From a virus (Duplodnaviria; Heunggongvirae; Uroviricota; Caudoviricetes): a DNA stretch of 64,000 bases. A program made the position numbers and the translations under genes. This document shows, piece by piece, positions 1 through 9,342 of the stretch (its first letter is position 1; the number at the start of each line of letters is the position of its first letter). The stretch lies in the IMG/VR virus record IMGVR_UViG_3300011008_000003; one strand, written 5' to 3'. The notes under the pieces were generated by a model that worked only from the letters and a program-made list of their open reading frames with translations, had not been told where the DNA came from and searched no databases.

Positions 1-409
1 CTGAACGACAATGGATATACCAGTATTTTGCCGTTTCGAAATTGTCCTTAATGAACTTTACGAGCTTGCTTGCCTGTTCATCGGTAATTCCATAAGCAAT
101 ACCGTATTTTGTTTCCATATATTCCATAACAATGTCGTCAAAATCAAGATTAATGACATTATGGCTATCCTGCTTGAACCAGTGTTCGTCATATTCATGC
201 TTATGGTTACGAAGATAGTTTTCTTGAATATCATGTGTACAGCCTATAGAAATACAGGCTACGTTATCAGGAACATTCTGCGTATCAGAATGCCAACCGT
301 AACTGTACATGTAGTTATTGAACGACTTATGCGGATATACATGTATCAGAATACGGTCTGCCGGGGCAAGAGGCTTATCATACGGAATATTCTGCGGTAT
401 CATACTCAT
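1..409 (-). CDS. Protein tyrosine/dual-specificity phosphatase-like protein (3' end runs off window)
   Basis: Manual translation (not in ORF track): MSMIPQNIP...NVINLDFDD...ITDEQASKLVKFIKDN...YIHCRS(G); HCxxG start of the CX5R loop at window edge. Confidence 0.6.
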   Translation of the reverse strand, partial: MSMIPQNIPYDKPLAPADRILIHVYPHKSFNNYMYSYGWHSDTQNVPDNVACISIGCTHDIQENYLRNHKHEYDEHWFKQDSHNVINLDFDDIVMEYMETKYGIAYGITDEQASKLVKFIKDNFETAKYWYIHCRS

Positions 410-499
410 TCCTTATAGTTTCGAATTCTACGGCAGTTTCCTGTACCGTATCGTGTTCAAATGGCACGCCTTCACCGATTTTCTGTTCTTCTTCCATAT

Positions 500-1225
500 T
501 TAACCTATAGATTTAAGGTTATCAAATTCTTCCTGAGTAAAGCAATTAGTCACGAAGTCGGAAAAATTGTACTTCTGGTTAACAATATAGTAATATGGTT
601 CAGTTTCGTAAATAGGTCCGATTGAATCAATACCAACAAGTCTTGATTCCATGACTTTTACACAGAACCAGTCCTTACTAATAGGAACGATTTTAACTTC
701 AGTCCCGTTCGGAAGCATGGTCATTTCCGGATCCATTTTCAAATAGAACAGGAATTTCTTAACCGGTACCTTTTCCAAGGCATACTTACGGTAATGGTTA
801 TACTTCCATTTCAGGATTTCTTTCTTTCTCTTGTAAATATCGAGAGACTGAATCAGCCTGTTCTTAAATTCCTTACTGAATTCGTCAAGTGTAAGTTCAG
901 AATTACCGAAGCATAGTTCTTCGTCATGCATAAGGGTTGCTTGCTTGAAGTCAACCGTATATACCCAGAATTTGGTACGCTTGAAAATCGGAAGAATTTC
1001 AAACCTGTCATGAAGCAAGGTATCGAAGTCCTTTTTGAACTTAAAGCTTGACGCGAACATAATTTTATCAAAAATAAAACTGCCAAACTTAGCCAAAAGA
1101 ATATTCTGGTTTAATTCTAAATCAATATATGAAAAATTTACACCACCGCCAGTATACGTGACAATAATACCTTGCTTGCCAAGTTCTTCCACATTATAAC
1201 AGTCTTTAAACTGATAGTTAGGCAT
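500..1225 (-). CDS. Hypothetical protein
   Basis: 241-aa ORF in co-oriented minus-strand run. Confidence 0.7.
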   Translation of the reverse strand: MPNYQFKDCYNVEELGKQGIIVTYTGGGVNFSYIDLELNQNILLAKFGSFIFDKIMFASSFKFKKDFDTLLHDRFEILPIFKRTKFWVYTVDFKQATLMHDEELCFGNSELTLDEFSKEFKNRLIQSLDIYKRKKEILKWKYNHYRKYALEKVPVKKFLFYLKMDPEMTMLPNGTEVKIVPISKDWFCVKVMESRLVGIDSIGPIYETEPYYYIVNQKYNFSDFVTNCFTQEEFDNLKSIG

Positions 1226-1226
1226 A

Positions 1227-1418
1227 TTACCTCCGGGTAATGAAACCTAGTGCATAAAGGACAAAGTAAATCACGGCGGCGAATAGGATTACCGGCAAGA
1301 ATGCATAAATCAAGCAGATAATCAGAATAATCCAAGGCAGGTTAAAGTAATTCCTGTCAGTAATGATAAACCATACACAAAGAATGGTTGCGAGAATAAG
1401 CCATGTTGAAATAATCAT
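1227..1418 (-). CDS. Small two-TM membrane protein
   Basis: 63 aa, almost entirely hydrophobic; ATGA overlap with upstream gene. Confidence 0.65.
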   Translation of the reverse strand: MIISTWLILATILCVWFIITDRNYFNLPWIILIICLIYAFLPVILFAAVIYFVLYALGFITRR

Positions 1419-1876
1419 TTTTTATTTTCCTCTATGAGTTTAAGTTTTTGTTCTTCAAGTTCTGCATCATGCCGAGCGATGAGGTCCTTAAGAGAATCCT
1501 TACGTTCTTCGGCATATTTAAGATTTTGCCGCCAGCGTTCTATGGTATAGTCCTTTCCTCCGCCTTTTGCAATCTTCTTGGTAAGCTTTTCAATTTCCTT
1601 GTCGCATTCTACGATTGACCTATCATAATCGTTATGCCACCAGGGTTTATCACTATAGAAATGAGCGGTTGAAGTACGAACCATAGTATTAGAATCGGTA
1701 CACGATCCTTCCATTGCCGCGGATTGCCAAAGAAACGGGAACAGGTCTTCAAGGCAATTGATTTCAACCTTATTCCCCTTCAAATAGATTATATCTTTTT
1801 CTGTATCTATAGATTCCTTGAGCGTACCGTAAGCACAGCGACCAAGATCATTAAAACAATTAAGCGTAAAAACCAT
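1415..1876 (-). CDS. Hypothetical protein with C-terminal coiled coil
   Basis: GAGG SD and TTTACA..TATATT promoter at 1896-1923. Confidence 0.7.
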   Translation of the reverse strand: MVFTLNCFNDLGRCAYGTLKESIDTEKDIIYLKGNKVEINCLEDLFPFLWQSAAMEGSCTDSNTMVRTSTAHFYSDKPWWHNDYDRSIVECDKEIEKLTKKIAKGGGKDYTIERWRQNLKYAEERKDSLKDLIARHDAELEEQKLKLIEENKK

Positions 1877-1923
1877 ATTATAACCTCTAGCCTAAAATAT
1901 AGTAAAAATTACTATTTTGTAAA

Positions 1924-2673
1924 CTATTCACCCAAGATTTTGCGATACTTTTGATAATTCTTATTTACTGTCCCGACATACTTCATGGTTTCAGGCGGAA
2001 TAAATGCAGAATTATCGCCATTCATATAAAGCCTGTAATTAGCAGCAATCTTTGGTCCGCCGTTATATCCAGCCGAAACGAGTTCGCTCCTGTCGTACTT
2101 CTGTTTTAGGATGTAGATATAAAGAATACCGATTTTGATATTCTTCTTCAGGTCATAGATGTCTCCTTCCTCATACGGATAACCGTATCGCCTTGCAATC
2201 GAGACAAACGTCGAAGGCATAATCTGCATAAGGCCGCGAGCACCGACATTTGAGATTGCCTTGTAGTTAAACCTGGACTCAGCCTGAATTAACGCCAGTG
2301 CATAGCTGTATTTGACGCCGATACGATCACATTCGTCGTAAATCAGGGTAGCGAGCCTAAGACATTCCAGTTCGTTGAAATCAGGACGAACATCTCTGAT
2401 GATAAGCTGGCCGTTTGTGACCTTGTACTTTCGGATAGATGATTCTTCAATTCCGAGCTTGAGCTTATCGATTTCGTTGATAAGGCTATCTTGCTTCAGG
2501 CTTGATTCTGCAAGAAGCTTGTTGACGTGCTTTACCAATTCTGCATTTTTCTCAGAATGCATCTGGTAAATATTCATCGACGCAATTGCCAGGAGCAATG
2601 CGATGCAGAAGAGATTGATGAACTGTCTGTATTTGCGATTGAATCGCTTCAGAGATACTAGAAATGTTTTCAT
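1924..2673 (-). CDS. Lytic transglycosylase (SLT domain) with N-terminal TM helix and coiled coil
   Basis: Motifs AESRF, GARGLMQIMPST, AGYNGG, PETMKYV. Confidence 0.9.
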   Translation of the reverse strand: MKTFLVSLKRFNRKYRQFINLFCIALLLAIASMNIYQMHSEKNAELVKHVNKLLAESSLKQDSLINEIDKLKLGIEESSIRKYKVTNGQLIIRDVRPDFNELECLRLATLIYDECDRIGVKYSYALALIQAESRFNYKAISNVGARGLMQIMPSTFVSIARRYGYPYEEGDIYDLKKNIKIGILYIYILKQKYDRSELVSAGYNGGPKIAANYRLYMNGDNSAFIPPETMKYVGTVNKNYQKYRKILGE

Positions 2674-2674
2674 A

Positions 2675-3088
2675 TTAGATATTGTTGTTTATGACGGCAA
2701 GCGTATCTAAATGTTCCATAACGCTTTCATATGGAACTTTTGTATTTCGTCCACCGCCGTTGTGAGCATTAATAAGAAATTCTATAACGTTTTCCGCGGT
2801 TTTCAAAAATGCATCAAACTGGGTATGAGGTTTTATCACGTTAAACGCAATCCAAGATATATTATTCCTAAAATTCTTTTCAGATGAAGATATTGTAAGA
2901 GTATTCCAACGAGTATACCTTAATTCGAGTTTAATTACCGTATATTTCTGATGAGGATGTTCTGCCATTGCAAATGATAAGAATTCCACTGTTAACTCGT
3001 TTCCAACAGGTCCGTAAACTGCAATGTGTTCCTTGCCAAGGCAACGTTCCTTGATTTTATCCATCAATATTTCGTATTCTCGTAACAT
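2675..3088 (-). CDS. Hypothetical protein (near-leaderless early gene)
   Basis: ATG 8 nt after TATATT of element 3097-3130. Confidence 0.65.
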   Translation of the reverse strand: MLREYEILMDKIKERCLGKEHIAVYGPVGNELTVEFLSFAMAEHPHQKYTVIKLELRYTRWNTLTISSSEKNFRNNISWIAFNVIKPHTQFDAFLKTAENVIEFLINAHNGGGRNTKVPYESVMEHLDTLAVINNNI

Positions 3089-3096
3089 CAAACTAT

Positions 3097-3130
3097 AATA
3101 TAGAAAAAGGGCTGACTTTCGTCAACCCTT
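3097..3130 (-). promoter_or_regulatory. Fused intrinsic terminator / sigma70-type early promoter
   Basis: Minus strand AAGGGTTGAC-GAAA-GTCAGCCCTTTTTC-TATATT; TTGACG-17 bp-TATATT. Confidence 0.85.
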
Positions 3131-3149
3131 AATAGGTAAAACAAATTGT

Positions 3150-3881
3150 TTAGAAATCAGAAAGACTGTCTCTGTCGTAGAAGTCTTCATCCGGGTTCTT
3201 TTCCGGGAATTCTTCAAGTTCAGAACCGTATTCAATATCGTCGTCATCTTCGAATTCGTTATCACCGAGCGTATCGGCAATGAGATCGTCTAATCCTTCA
3301 TCGGTAGGACCTTCAGTCGGGGTTCCAAGAAGAACATCCTGGTCAACATCCGGATAAACCTTCTGAAGAAGGTCAAGTCCGTCAGGCATGATGAACCACT
3401 TATTACGAGAGTTATCATACTTGATGAAATAGTTATCGGTCATTGCAGCAAACATGCTCTGGTCAGTTCCTTCACGAATTCCAGCGATTTCCTTAAGTTC
3501 AGCCGGTTCAAGATAACCACCGTTATCATAAAGAGCCTTAAGAACCTTAATATAGATACGGTCTGCAGACGGTTTCGAGAAGTTATAGCTATACTTGCTT
3601 TCGACAATATAGCCATTTTTCTTAAGAAGATTCAATGCGTTTTTAACTTCTGCAGATTCTGCAGTAACTGGACGATTTGCACGACGTCCAATGCTGAAAA
3701 TATCTTCGATAGCTTCGACCGCATTGTTATAATCGCATGACTTCTTATCAACTGCCTGTAAAACCTTGAGAACAAGATTCTTAATCAAAGACAGATTACC
3801 GCTCGGAACATTAGACTTAGAAGCTTTACGAATATAATTGTAAACGTCTTCAAGTCCATTAATATTAACTTCGTTAATCAT
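3150..3881 (-). CDS. Late protein with internal NALNLLKKNGYIVE tag, probable winged-helix domain and acidic tail
   Basis: TATAAATA at 3901-3908 and AGGAG SD; wHTH-like segment IKVLKALYDNGG..AELKEIAG..KWFIMPDG. Confidence 0.6.
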   Translation of the reverse strand: MINEVNINGLEDVYNYIRKASKSNVPSGNLSLIKNLVLKVLQAVDKKSCDYNNAVEAIEDIFSIGRRANRPVTAESAEVKNALNLLKKNGYIVESKYSYNFSKPSADRIYIKVLKALYDNGGYLEPAELKEIAGIREGTDQSMFAAMTDNYFIKYDNSRNKWFIMPDGLDLLQKVYPDVDQDVLLGTPTEGPTDEGLDDLIADTLGDNEFEDDDDIEYGSELEEFPEKNPDEDFYDRDSLSDF

Positions 3882-3900
3882 AATTTCTCCTGTTTTATAT

Positions 3901-3908
3901 TATTTATA
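3901..3908 (-). promoter_or_regulatory. T4-type late promoter TATAAATA
   Basis: Exact octamer upstream of SD+ATG. Other copies: 21393, 21935, 26991, 28158, 44911, 45998, 58659, 60741, 62434, 63838 (minus); 22016, 28162, 62474 (plus). Confidence 0.75.
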
Positions 3909-3909
3909 G

Positions 3910-5058
3910 TTATTCTGAATCTCTTTTAACGAAAAGCGTAAATCCAATAAAACCAATAAAATAAAGCAGGGCGAGAATAAGATATAACGTATTGGTGGTA
4001 AAGATGTTCGCAAGAACCGGACCTGCGATACCAGCCATACCCCAACCGCTAAGTGTCATTGCATGGACGGTAGAAACACAGGAATTTCCAAATCTCTTGG
4101 CGAGCAAGGACGGAAGACAGCTGAAGTTTCCACCATAAGAGAATTCACAGAATAAGATACCGATAAGCAAAAGAATCGGCTGTTGAGTATAGCAAAGGAA
4201 CGCTCCTAGAATACCCAGACTACAAACCCAGTGATATGCCGCCTTTCTTCCGATTTTATCCGATGCCGTACTCATTCCGAACCTGCCGCCGACGTTGGCA
4301 ATAGCCGTTAACGACATGAGCATTGCAATAGCCGTAAATCCGGATCCGAGTAGCAATCCCTTTTCCTGTGAAATCAAAGCGAGACCGCATGTAATGTTGA
4401 TAAAGAACATGAACCAGATAGAAATATATTCTTTCGTCAGGAATTTCGCTTTCCACAGGTTCTTATAAGGAACAGCGGTATAGATAGTCGAAATGTATGC
4501 AGGATTCGGCTTGTATAACCAGGAAGAAAGACTCATGACTCCAAGGAATATCGAACCCATCAAAAGGAAAACGACCGGTAACGAGAAACTGGTCAGGAAA
4601 TATTCAATCATAGGCGAGGCGACAAATTTACCGAGTCCGAATCCTGTAATTGCTAAACCGCTTGCGAGGCCTTTATGGTCGCTGAAGTTAGCCATAAGCT
4701 GCTTAATCGGCGACGTATAGCCTATTCCAGTTCCGCATCCCATGAAGGCACATGCGACATAATAAAGCGGAAGAAATCTGGAATAAACGGATAACGAAAG
4801 CATGAGCATGCCGACAGCGAACAGTACGGTTGATACGATAGCCATTCGTTTTGGATTCATCTCGACGAAACGGCCGAAAGCCGCAGCTCCCATGCCGAGG
4901 AAGAAGATAATGAGGGTAAACCCGATGTCAGCCTGGAATTTGCTAATATCGAAAGCCTCCATTATGTTCTTTGCATATTGTGAATAGTTATAGACGCTGC
5001 CTAATGAAATAGGCAGAATCAAACCTGGAATTAAAATATTTAAGTATCTGTTTTTCAT
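3910..5058 (-). CDS. MFS transporter, oxalate:formate antiporter (OFA/YhjX-like) family
   Basis: About 12 hydrophobic segments; G.GTGIGY.SP, DHKGLASGLAITGFGLG, ASDKIGRK, YGGNFS.LP, SGWGMAGIAGP. Confidence 0.85.
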   Translation of the reverse strand: MKNRYLNILIPGLILPISLGSVYNYSQYAKNIMEAFDISKFQADIGFTLIIFFLGMGAAAFGRFVEMNPKRMAIVSTVLFAVGMLMLSLSVYSRFLPLYYVACAFMGCGTGIGYTSPIKQLMANFSDHKGLASGLAITGFGLGKFVASPMIEYFLTSFSLPVVFLLMGSIFLGVMSLSSWLYKPNPAYISTIYTAVPYKNLWKAKFLTKEYISIWFMFFINITCGLALISQEKGLLLGSGFTAIAMLMSLTAIANVGGRFGMSTASDKIGRKAAYHWVCSLGILGAFLCYTQQPILLLIGILFCEFSYGGNFSCLPSLLAKRFGNSCVSTVHAMTLSGWGMAGIAGPVLANIFTTNTLYLILALLYFIGFIGFTLFVKRDSE

Positions 5059-5064
5059 AGTACA

Positions 5065-5595
5065 TTATTTATTACGCAAGATTTTCGCAATATTTTCAAC
5101 AACTTGGTCATATCCTGCAATGTTGCCATCGACTCTGGTATATTCGATACCGTTGTCATTGAGAAAGTCAAGAATACGCTGGTCGATATTTCTGGCTTCT
5201 TCTTCGGTCTGGTTTCTTCCGTTCGGATTATAGTCTTTCCTGCGGTCGACGAAGATATTGAACGTATTTTTATATTTCTTTGCCTCGTAAAGACATACAT
5301 CCTGATAAGGCTTTTCATCCGTGTACATTGCCCCGATGGCAATCGGGCTGTCGGTAACGATAACATCTACCTTTCCAAGAAGTCGAGCAACCTTAAGACA
5401 TTGCTTGCCAGTAACATAGAGCTGACAGTGCTGGAGAACGAACTGGTCGCCTTGCCAGACACGATCCTTCGCATATTCTGAGACATATTCAGAATCGATT
5501 CCGGCCATCTTGAGTTTTGCGAAGATATAAGCTGCACCTGTTGACTTTCCCGCGCCTGGACCGGCGTAAAGATTGACTAATAACGTATTTTTCAT
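5065..5595 (-). CDS. P-loop NTPase/kinase (AAA_28, NadR-kinase-like)
   Basis: Walker A GPGAGKST, VSEYAK, IVTDSP, GRNQTEEEA. Confidence 0.8.
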   Translation of the reverse strand: MKNTLLVNLYAGPGAGKSTGAAYIFAKLKMAGIDSEYVSEYAKDRVWQGDQFVLQHCQLYVTGKQCLKVARLLGKVDVIVTDSPIAIGAMYTDEKPYQDVCLYEAKKYKNTFNIFVDRRKDYNPNGRNQTEEEARNIDQRILDFLNDNGIEYTRVDGNIAGYDQVVENIAKILRNK

Positions 5596-5668
5596 TTTTA
5601 TTCCTCTGTAACAGTTTCAAATATAGCAAAAAATTTGTTACGTATAAGAAAACTGGAAAAAATCTGTA

Positions 5669-5697
5669 TTTACAAAATCGCTCCAGTTTGCTATATT
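5669..5697 (+). promoter_or_regulatory. Early promoter for leaderless CCA-enzyme mRNA (divergent partner -10 at 5620-5625, minus)
   Basis: TTTACA-17 bp-TATATT, ATG 7 nt downstream. Confidence 0.75.
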
Positions 5698-5704
5698 TAT
5701 TGAT

Positions 5705-6904
5705 ATGAAGATTGAATTAGATACAATACAGAATGACCTTTTGAAGACTGGCATGAAGCTCGCTTCTGCTATTTCTCGTTTCAAGACACCAGACAACAGG
5801 CTTTACCAGGCCTATCTCGTCGGTGGCTGTGTTCGAGATATTGTCAGATGGAAGCTGGGCCAGATTGAATTCCCTGAAATTCATGACATTGACATCGCGA
5901 CAAACATGCCGATTGCCGAATTGCAGAAGAACTTCAGAACTGCGAGCAACAACGGCGAAGCTCACGGTACGATTCTCGTGTTCATGGACGGAATTCCTTT
6001 CGAAGTAACTCAGTTCAGAACCGACGGTAAGTATACTGACGGGCGTCGTCCTGATAGTGTCAAGTTTACTGACGACTTCATGCAAGATTGCGCTCGCCGT
6101 GATTTCACGATTAACGCGATGGGTCTTACTGGTAACGGTATCGTATTCGACTATTTCGGCGGTATCAAGGATATTGAACGAAAGTGGATTCGTGCAGTCG
6201 GTGATCCTGTGCAAAGGTTCTCTGAGGACACTCTGAGAATTATGCGTGGTATTCGATTCATGATTAACTTCGATTACGGTATTTCTGATAAGACGTTCGA
6301 AGCCATGAAGACTGTTGTAGACAAGTACAAGTGGAAGCTTGATACCATGCTGTCATATCCCAGGATTCGTGACGAGATTTCCAAGGTTAAGACCAACCAC
6401 GCCGGTTATTTCGGTATTCTTGAAAAGACTGGTCTTCTGAACTGGCTTGTCGCTTTCAGGGATATGGACAAGAAGAACTTGATTCTTCGCCTTATGCGTG
6501 TTCCCCATGTCGACTCCAATAACGTCTTTGCGATTATCGCGTTCGGTGAAGACAAGTATACTCTGCACCGTCTGGCCGGTACTCGTGAAGATAGTCGTTT
6601 GCTCAAGTGGTATAACTACATGGCAAAGAAGCTTGACGAGACACAGGAGAACATGTCATGGGATAGCGTTGTCAAGTTCGTCGAGGGCGATTACAAGGCT
6701 GTTCTCGCAATGACCCAGAAAGTCCCTGCATGGCATAACAGGATTAAGCCTGCTTTGCAGCTTGCCAAAGACAAGCCTGACATGAAGGCGATTACCAAGG
6801 CGATTCAGGATGCGGGTACGAAGCCTGGTCCAAAGTTTGGTCTTGCGGTCGATGCTCTTGTCGAGGCTGATTACGTCGAAAAGGCAAACAAACTCAAGTT
6901 CTAA
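5705..6904 (+). CDS. cca: CCA-adding enzyme / tRNA nucleotidyltransferase (class II)
   Basis: VGGCVRD, DIDIAT, FEVTQFR, DGRRP, RRDFTINAM, RFSEDTLRIMRGIRF. Confidence 0.9.
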   Translation: MKIELDTIQNDLLKTGMKLASAISRFKTPDNRLYQAYLVGGCVRDIVRWKLGQIEFPEIHDIDIATNMPIAELQKNFRTASNNGEAHGTILVFMDGIPFEVTQFRTDGKYTDGRRPDSVKFTDDFMQDCARRDFTINAMGLTGNGIVFDYFGGIKDIERKWIRAVGDPVQRFSEDTLRIMRGIRFMINFDYGISDKTFEAMKTVVDKYKWKLDTMLSYPRIRDEISKVKTNHAGYFGILEKTGLLNWLVAFRDMDKKNLILRLMRVPHVDSNNVFAIIAFGEDKYTLHRLAGTREDSRLLKWYNYMAKKLDETQENMSWDSVVKFVEGDYKAVLAMTQKVPAWHNRIKPALQLAKDKPDMKAITKAIQDAGTKPGPKFGLAVDALVEADYVEKANKLKF

Positions 6905-6907
6905 AAA

Positions 6908-6937
6908 ATAAACCCGGTTTTGAACCGGGTTTTCTTT
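6908..6937. terminator. Bidirectional intrinsic terminator between convergent genes
   Basis: AAACCCGGTT-TTG-AACCGGGTTT flanked by A/T runs. Confidence 0.8.
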
Positions 6938-7411
6938 TTATCTCTGGAATTTTCTGTTATACAGGACTTTCTTATTTACTTCGTTGACTAACCAGCAGTT
7001 TTGATTTTCTGTCTCCCGTGCATTGTCTCGAAGTTTCTTACAGTAATACTTATTCGGTGGAAGAACATTGACCGCGGTATCATATTGTACCAAAATATCG
7101 TTGTCCATTGCATAATTAAAAAATACATCCTGTACGTATCTGGCATAAATAGACACGAATGATTCATCATACATTTTTGTCTTTTTGCCGTATTCTTTTG
7201 CACGATTAATCAGTTCATCATAATCTTGTGCTTCGATTGCAAGGTACATTTTATCAAGATCATATGTTCCGTCTGATTTGGGCTGTTGCGGAACAAAACC
7301 GATTCCTCTAATGCCTTTAACATTATTATGCGTACAGAAATTGTTTATGATTTCGTGTGCATCGCTAACATAGGCCTGTTCGTTTAATTTTCGTTCTTCT
7401 TCTGTCGTCAT
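6938..7411 (-). CDS. Hypothetical protein
   Basis: 157 aa, GAGG SD. Confidence 0.7.
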   Translation of the reverse strand: MTTEEERKLNEQAYVSDAHEIINNFCTHNNVKGIRGIGFVPQQPKSDGTYDLDKMYLAIEAQDYDELINRAKEYGKKTKMYDESFVSIYARYVQDVFFNYAMDNDILVQYDTAVNVLPPNKYYCKKLRDNARETENQNCWLVNEVNKKVLYNRKFQR

Positions 7412-7418
7412 AAGTACC

Positions 7419-7790
7419 TCAGACTAAATTTTTGTCTATAATTTTTTCAACACTGTTATTTAATATTTTCAATATTTCTTTCATTAATATCTTGATTCTG
7501 TTTTGAAGATCTTCATATGATTCTGCATAACGCTTATTAGTACCAATAAAAGACAAAAAATATTTATCACCGGCGATACATATATCATCATATACCTTAA
7601 ATGCACCGTTTTCACAATCGCAATCCCATATAACCGGATAGTCATGTCCATTATTGAGAATTTCAGACTGTAATATACCCATAGCGATACCATATCCTTT
7701 TTTATAATATGGTTCTAGCCCGAGATCCTTTAAAATCTGGACAGCTTCTTCCTGGCTTTCAGCTACGAGTTTGTCGTTTACTATCTTCAT
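7419..7790 (-). CDS. Paralog array 1 member
   Basis: Start corrected to MKIVNDKL; EEAVQILKDLGLEPYY..G..I.WD..YAESYED. Confidence 0.75.
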   Translation of the reverse strand: MKIVNDKLVAESQEEAVQILKDLGLEPYYKKGYGIAMGILQSEILNNGHDYPVIWDCDCENGAFKVYDDICIAGDKYFLSFIGTNKRYAESYEDLQNRIKILMKEILKILNNSVEKIIDKNLV

Positions 7791-7791
7791 T

Positions 7792-8202
7792 TTAGTCCAA
7801 TACCGATAATGTGCTTTCAATATCAGAATTATATTCACGTTCAATCTTATATCTAAGATTTTCTCCTAACGCCTTGATTCCGTCTGCCATATCTTCGTAA
7901 GATTCGGCAATCCATCCTTTATGACGGTCTGTTGTATATCTGATTAACTGTTTACCGTCAACAATCCCGCCAATCGATTCCTTAATTGAGGAATAGACAG
8001 TAAACTTACCGGAATTTACATCCCATTCTACTCCGATAGCATGTTCAAATATAGGAGCGTCAGGACTAAGAAAGTCAAGATAAAGCCTGGGATGCTTATA
8101 ATAGCCGCGGACTTTATCTTTAAAGAAATCCGCAGTATAAACTGTAAGGCCTAACGACTTTATTAGTTTTATTGCCTTTGTCATTGATTTCGTACAGTAC
8201 AT
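7792..8202 (-). CDS. Paralog array 1 member
   Basis: LIKSLGL..HP.L..VEWD..IAESYED; ends YNSDIESTLSVLD. Confidence 0.8.
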   Translation of the reverse strand: MYCTKSMTKAIKLIKSLGLTVYTADFFKDKVRGYYKHPRLYLDFLSPDAPIFEHAIGVEWDVNSGKFTVYSSIKESIGGIVDGKQLIRYTTDRHKGWIAESYEDMADGIKALGENLRYKIEREYNSDIESTLSVLD

Positions 8203-8204
8203 AA

Positions 8205-8588
8205 TTAATCCAACGTGCTAAGGGTATCTGTTAAATCCATATTGTGGAAAAATACCATATAGTCTTTAAGTTCGTTCTTAATCGATTCGACTATTTGTTT
8301 CATCTGGTCGATAGACTTCGCATAATTAGCAAAACCGATAGCTTTCGGAAGAAGCTGGAAATTATCTCGAGTTCCGACAAGACAATCATAGATTTCGAAC
8401 TTACAAGTCTTCTGGTCCCAGTGAAATACTGTTTCACTCTTATGCATGAACATATTATTTTCTAATTTGGCGTCAATACCGTCATAGTTGGTATCAAACA
8501 CCTGTTCGCTTAACGTCGGCGTCAAACCGAGGTCATGTTCGATTATATGATAGACTTGAAAAATATCGAGAACAACTAAATCTTCCAT
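8205..8588 (-). CDS. Paralog array 1 member
   Basis: DLGLTP..FHWD..FEIYD; ends HNMDLTDTLSTLD. Confidence 0.8.
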   Translation of the reverse strand: MEDLVVLDIFQVYHIIEHDLGLTPTLSEQVFDTNYDGIDAKLENNMFMHKSETVFHWDQKTCKFEIYDCLVGTRDNFQLLPKAIGFANYAKSIDQMKQIVESIKNELKDYMVFFHNMDLTDTLSTLD

Positions 8589-8590
8589 AA

Positions 8591-8962
8591 TTACTCCAAA
8601 CAGGATAAATCTTCATCTATCTTATTATTATGATAATTGATTACGATGGTGTTTAAATTCTCTCGAACTTCTTTGATAACGTCTTTAATCTGTTCTACGG
8701 AATCAGCATAGACATTTCCTTCAGAAGAAAAATAGAAATTATCGTAAGATCTTGTCTTTCTTGTAGCTTGGATAATATTGGGATAAATCTGAACTCTCCC
8801 GTTATCTACATCGCACCAACATACCATAATGTAATCCTGGCCCTTTACGAGAGCAGGATGTTTGATTACGCCTTGCACGAGCTTTGCTTTACCATATTCA
8901 GGTTCAATACCTAATTCCTTAAGCAATGCTTCCGCTTCTTCTACAGTATCAATTTTTAACAT
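8591..8962 (-). CDS. Paralog array 1 member
   Basis: TVEEAEALLKELGIEPEYG..HPALVKG; ends HNNKIDEDLSCLE. Confidence 0.8.
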   Translation of the reverse strand: MLKIDTVEEAEALLKELGIEPEYGKAKLVQGVIKHPALVKGQDYIMVCWCDVDNGRVQIYPNIIQATRKTRSYDNFYFSSEGNVYADSVEQIKDVIKEVRENLNTIVINYHNNKIDEDLSCLE

Positions 8963-9342
8963 CAGTCTAACGCCTCCAGCGCTTTTTCGATATTGACGTT
9001 ATATATTTCAACATAATATTTGTCAAGAGTTTTTTTCAAATTTTTAACGGCATCGCAAAACTGTTCAGTTGTTATAATCGGTTTTTGCATTTTTGGAATC
9101 CTAAAACAAAATCTAGGTACTCCGGTTCCATCGTCGGACAAACGATTAATGTCAGTATACAGGTTTAAATTCTGACATACTGGTTCCCACTTTACAACAT
9201 AGTCAGAACCGCCAACTAATGCCGGATGGTCCATATAACCGCAATAGCATTCATCCAATGAATCTACAATCACATGCAGACCAGCTTCTTTCATAAAAGC
9301 TACAGCATCATCGTTTGTCGTTATTTCTGCGATTCTACCCAT
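8962..9342 (-). CDS. Paralog array 1 member
   Basis: FMKEAGL..HPALVGG..VVKW; ends YNVNIEKALEALD. Confidence 0.8.
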   Translation of the reverse strand: MGRIAEITTNDDAVAFMKEAGLHVIVDSLDECYCGYMDHPALVGGSDYVVKWEPVCQNLNLYTDINRLSDDGTGVPRFCFRIPKMQKPIITTEQFCDAVKNLKKTLDKYYVEIYNVNIEKALEALD

